64,000 nt of DNA from an uncultured cyanobacterium (GTDB lineage Bacteria; Cyanobacteriota; Cyanobacteriia; Cyanobacteriales; CAWUOF01), in contig CAVUSO010000001.1 of the NCBI GenBank assembly GCA_963744145.1, positions 5,088,001-5,152,000 on the forward strand, written 5' to 3'. The notes under the pieces are model-generated. The model saw only the letters and a program-made list of their open reading frames with translations. It was not told the origin of the DNA and made no database searches. Each line of letters begins with the position of its first letter. Position 1 is the first letter of the stretch. The position numbers and the translations under genes were made by a program. This document shows positions 62,901-64,000 of the stretch, piece after piece.

Positions 62901-63049
62901 CAAAACATACAGGTGGGTTTAAATTGTTTACTAACCTTCCCACCGATGCGTATACCCCCAGTTTTTTTTCAGGAAGTGCGGGAATTGGTTATGAACTTTT
63001 GCGATTAGCTGCTCCAGAATTATTTCCTTCCGTGATCCTCTGGGAATAA
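59945..63049 (+). CDS. lanM: Class II lanthipeptide synthetase LanM-like protein with degenerate motifs
   Basis: YKPK, YGWVEFI, RYYQRAG, RFLFRTT dehydratase region and LanC-like GxxG repeats. Confidence 0.88.
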   Translation: MSDRPIHSQAELIKILERASTLKERLGGEFISDREQIKEDQINCYLEEWCQVVGAGDLERFEKRLSWDGLNLERVLPILTAVRLKDDQNLPHWLETLTNGLKAATLFDLNQPSDYPQLPFVEVFLPLINLARTKVIAKTGSSYELMTKTAHQNLEFSLLEFLVHLGSRSLQLEFAVFCGGIQTNNSLSDLASESNKAQYLKFVKGLLEGGLLLFFQEYSVLGRLIATTVDLWVDTTAEFMVRLATDWTEIQQTFQPKKELGKVIAIAPNLSERHHQGRTALELTFAAGLKLIYKPKNLGLDIAYINLLNWFNQEKLPLKFKLIKILNRDDYGWVEFIENLPCLNQEAAQRYYQRAGMLLSLMYLLDARECNCENIIANGEYPVLREPETLMHPRFQEDELPNEDRGVQVLANYQLGNSVIRTGFLPRWKINSREQYYDDSGLWGMGEGRTAKANLPKLGNTYLSPTDYLEEIVNGFQVMYLFLIKKRDKLITSNSPLAEIAQQSVRFLFRTTKVYNFILNKILQPKFIRTGIDWSIQLDILDKALLDSQTVHPCWSLAKAEKKSLELMDIPIFTVKGNSRDLIIAPGEKIENFFNQSSEQNVIDKFHQLHERDLNKQIEIIRNSIYILIAHQTQPKINNSSHHHSGKKSGILTAKQLIAEAVIIGEDLKKRAIISTQKGMIWMGLNQLAKAEYFQLNPLGYDLDNGIAGIALFFAALAKVSDQKWGEFALATLQPLRQNLQSHNLDGNIFQNMGIGGAKGLGAIIYVLVRVSEFLSAPDMIKDAKKVAALITKDKITSDRYLDIFSGSAGAILGLLALYEIERDQKVLETAIACAHNILFHLFKSNSSFSRGKFLNSKLPISFYQGYTGIAYALLRLYKITNHVNFLEAASEIIIDCNNSRQNLHHICDYYLGDLAQILTDNKKEIKQKFKTGLKPNGELKLQGVDNLYEGNFGMIEIALLTSQKLNLHEGLEIANKQASWVINRAKHTGGFKLFTNLPTDAYTPSFFSGSAGIGYELLRLAAPELFPSVILWE

Positions 63050-63093
63050 AAGAGGTTATAATTAGAAATATTCAGGTTGCGAAATTATTCTTT

Positions 63094-64000
63094 ATGAAAA
63101 TTATGACAGTACCTCTGTTCCAATTCCAGGGAATGAATAATACTGACATTAATTGGTTAGTCAGTATTGGTAAAAGAGAAAAATTTGCCCCAAACACCAT
63201 CTTGATTCAGGAAGGACAAATAGTAAATAGTATTTATTTTATCCTAGTCGGTGGATTAAGTATTTCTCTAGCAGGATTAAATGGAGAAAATCAGGAAATC
63301 GCTAGATTAGGAAATGGTGAAATTGTCGGAGAAATGTCTTGGATGGATCATCACCAGTCCCCCATCACAGCATTAGTGGTCGATTCCGCAGAAATTCTGG
63401 AGATTACCCATGAAAAATTACAGATAAAAATCAAACAGGACCACGGATTTGCAGCTCGGTTTTATCAAGCAATGTCAATCGTTTTTTCTGATCGACTCCG
63501 AGGGATTTCTGATTTGTTAGCACATAGTAAGATTGTCCCTGGACAACCGTTGCGAAAAGTGCTGTTAGTTTTTAATGAATTAATCGATCGCGATATTGAT
63601 TGGATAATTGAATTTGGTCACAAAGAGAGATTTTCTCCTGGTCAAGTTTTAATTGAACAAGGTAAATCTTTAGATGCTATATATATTTTGTTGAAAGGAA
63701 ATATCGGCATCTATATTAATATTATAAATGATCATGAAAAAATTAGTAAAGAAGTTGCTCGCTCTGCTAGTGGTGAAATTTTAGGAGAAATGTCCTTTAT
63801 TACTGGTGCGAATGCTTCAGCAACAGTAAAAATAATTGAAACTTCGGAAGTTTTAGTGTTACCGTGCAAGTTTTTATCAGCAAAATTGCAAAAAGATTTA
63901 GGATTTTCTTCCCGATTTTATCGAGCGATCGCGATAGTTCTATTAGATCGACTTAAAGATCGACTCAAACAAAGTGGTTATGCTCGAATTGCTTACGATC
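63094..64000 (+). CDS. Tandem cNMP-binding-domain protein (bacteriocin-transport-associated type), 3' end outside window
   Basis: Open frame MKIMTVPLF...DINWL...ILIQEG...GEIVGEMS, second repeat DIDWI...GEILGEMSF. Confidence 0.85.
   Translation, partial: MKIMTVPLFQFQGMNNTDINWLVSIGKREKFAPNTILIQEGQIVNSIYFILVGGLSISLAGLNGENQEIARLGNGEIVGEMSWMDHHQSPITALVVDSAEILEITHEKLQIKIKQDHGFAARFYQAMSIVFSDRLRGISDLLAHSKIVPGQPLRKVLLVFNELIDRDIDWIIEFGHKERFSPGQVLIEQGKSLDAIYILLKGNIGIYINIINDHEKISKEVARSASGEILGEMSFITGANASATVKIIETSEVLVLPCKFLSAKLQKDLGFSSRFYRAIAIVLLDRLKDRLKQSGYARIAYD

Noticed and set aside
1..64000. tRNA/rRNA genes; short antisense ORFs within long genes; HIP1 sites as a special signal
   Set aside because: No RNA genes recognised; shadow ORFs lack motifs; GCGATCGC abundance is normal for cyanobacteria.

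Overview
Cyanobacterial chromosomal window, identified by psbDC, ycf4, sucrose synthase and frequent HIP1 GCGATCGC. The first ~23 kb is a defence locus. It carries an XRE-ImmA/PIN toxin-antitoxin pair, an IS4-family element in a REP-like hairpin, an RT and Cas1 split at an A9 run, and cas2. These are followed by an internally duplicated leader, a 61-repeat CRISPR array, a tandem Csx3-Csx3-P-loop protein, a WYL regulator and a Cas6-less type III-B variant operon (cmr2-3-4-5, cmr6/1 fusion). The middle is mostly housekeeping and signalling genes. At 48.7-53.9 kb is a decayed HsdS/ABC-ATPase/HNH restriction island interrupted by IS630. The right end is a RiPP-like locus: NHLP-type ABC transporter, an unannotated 45-aa double-glycine precursor with a Cys-free core, a LanM with altered catalytic motifs, and a cNMP-domain protein. 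Three signals stand out. (1) The reverse complements of about 18 of 60 spacers translate into mutually homologous, synonymously diverged peptides, and six tile one Cys-rich protein segment, implying repeated acquisition from a small, hypervariable, unidentified element. (2) The RT/Cas1 junction looks like a programmed -1 frameshift or slippage site. (3) The lanthipeptide-like locus has a degenerate cyclase and a Cys-free core. All calls were made by eye from the sequence; no database searches were run.
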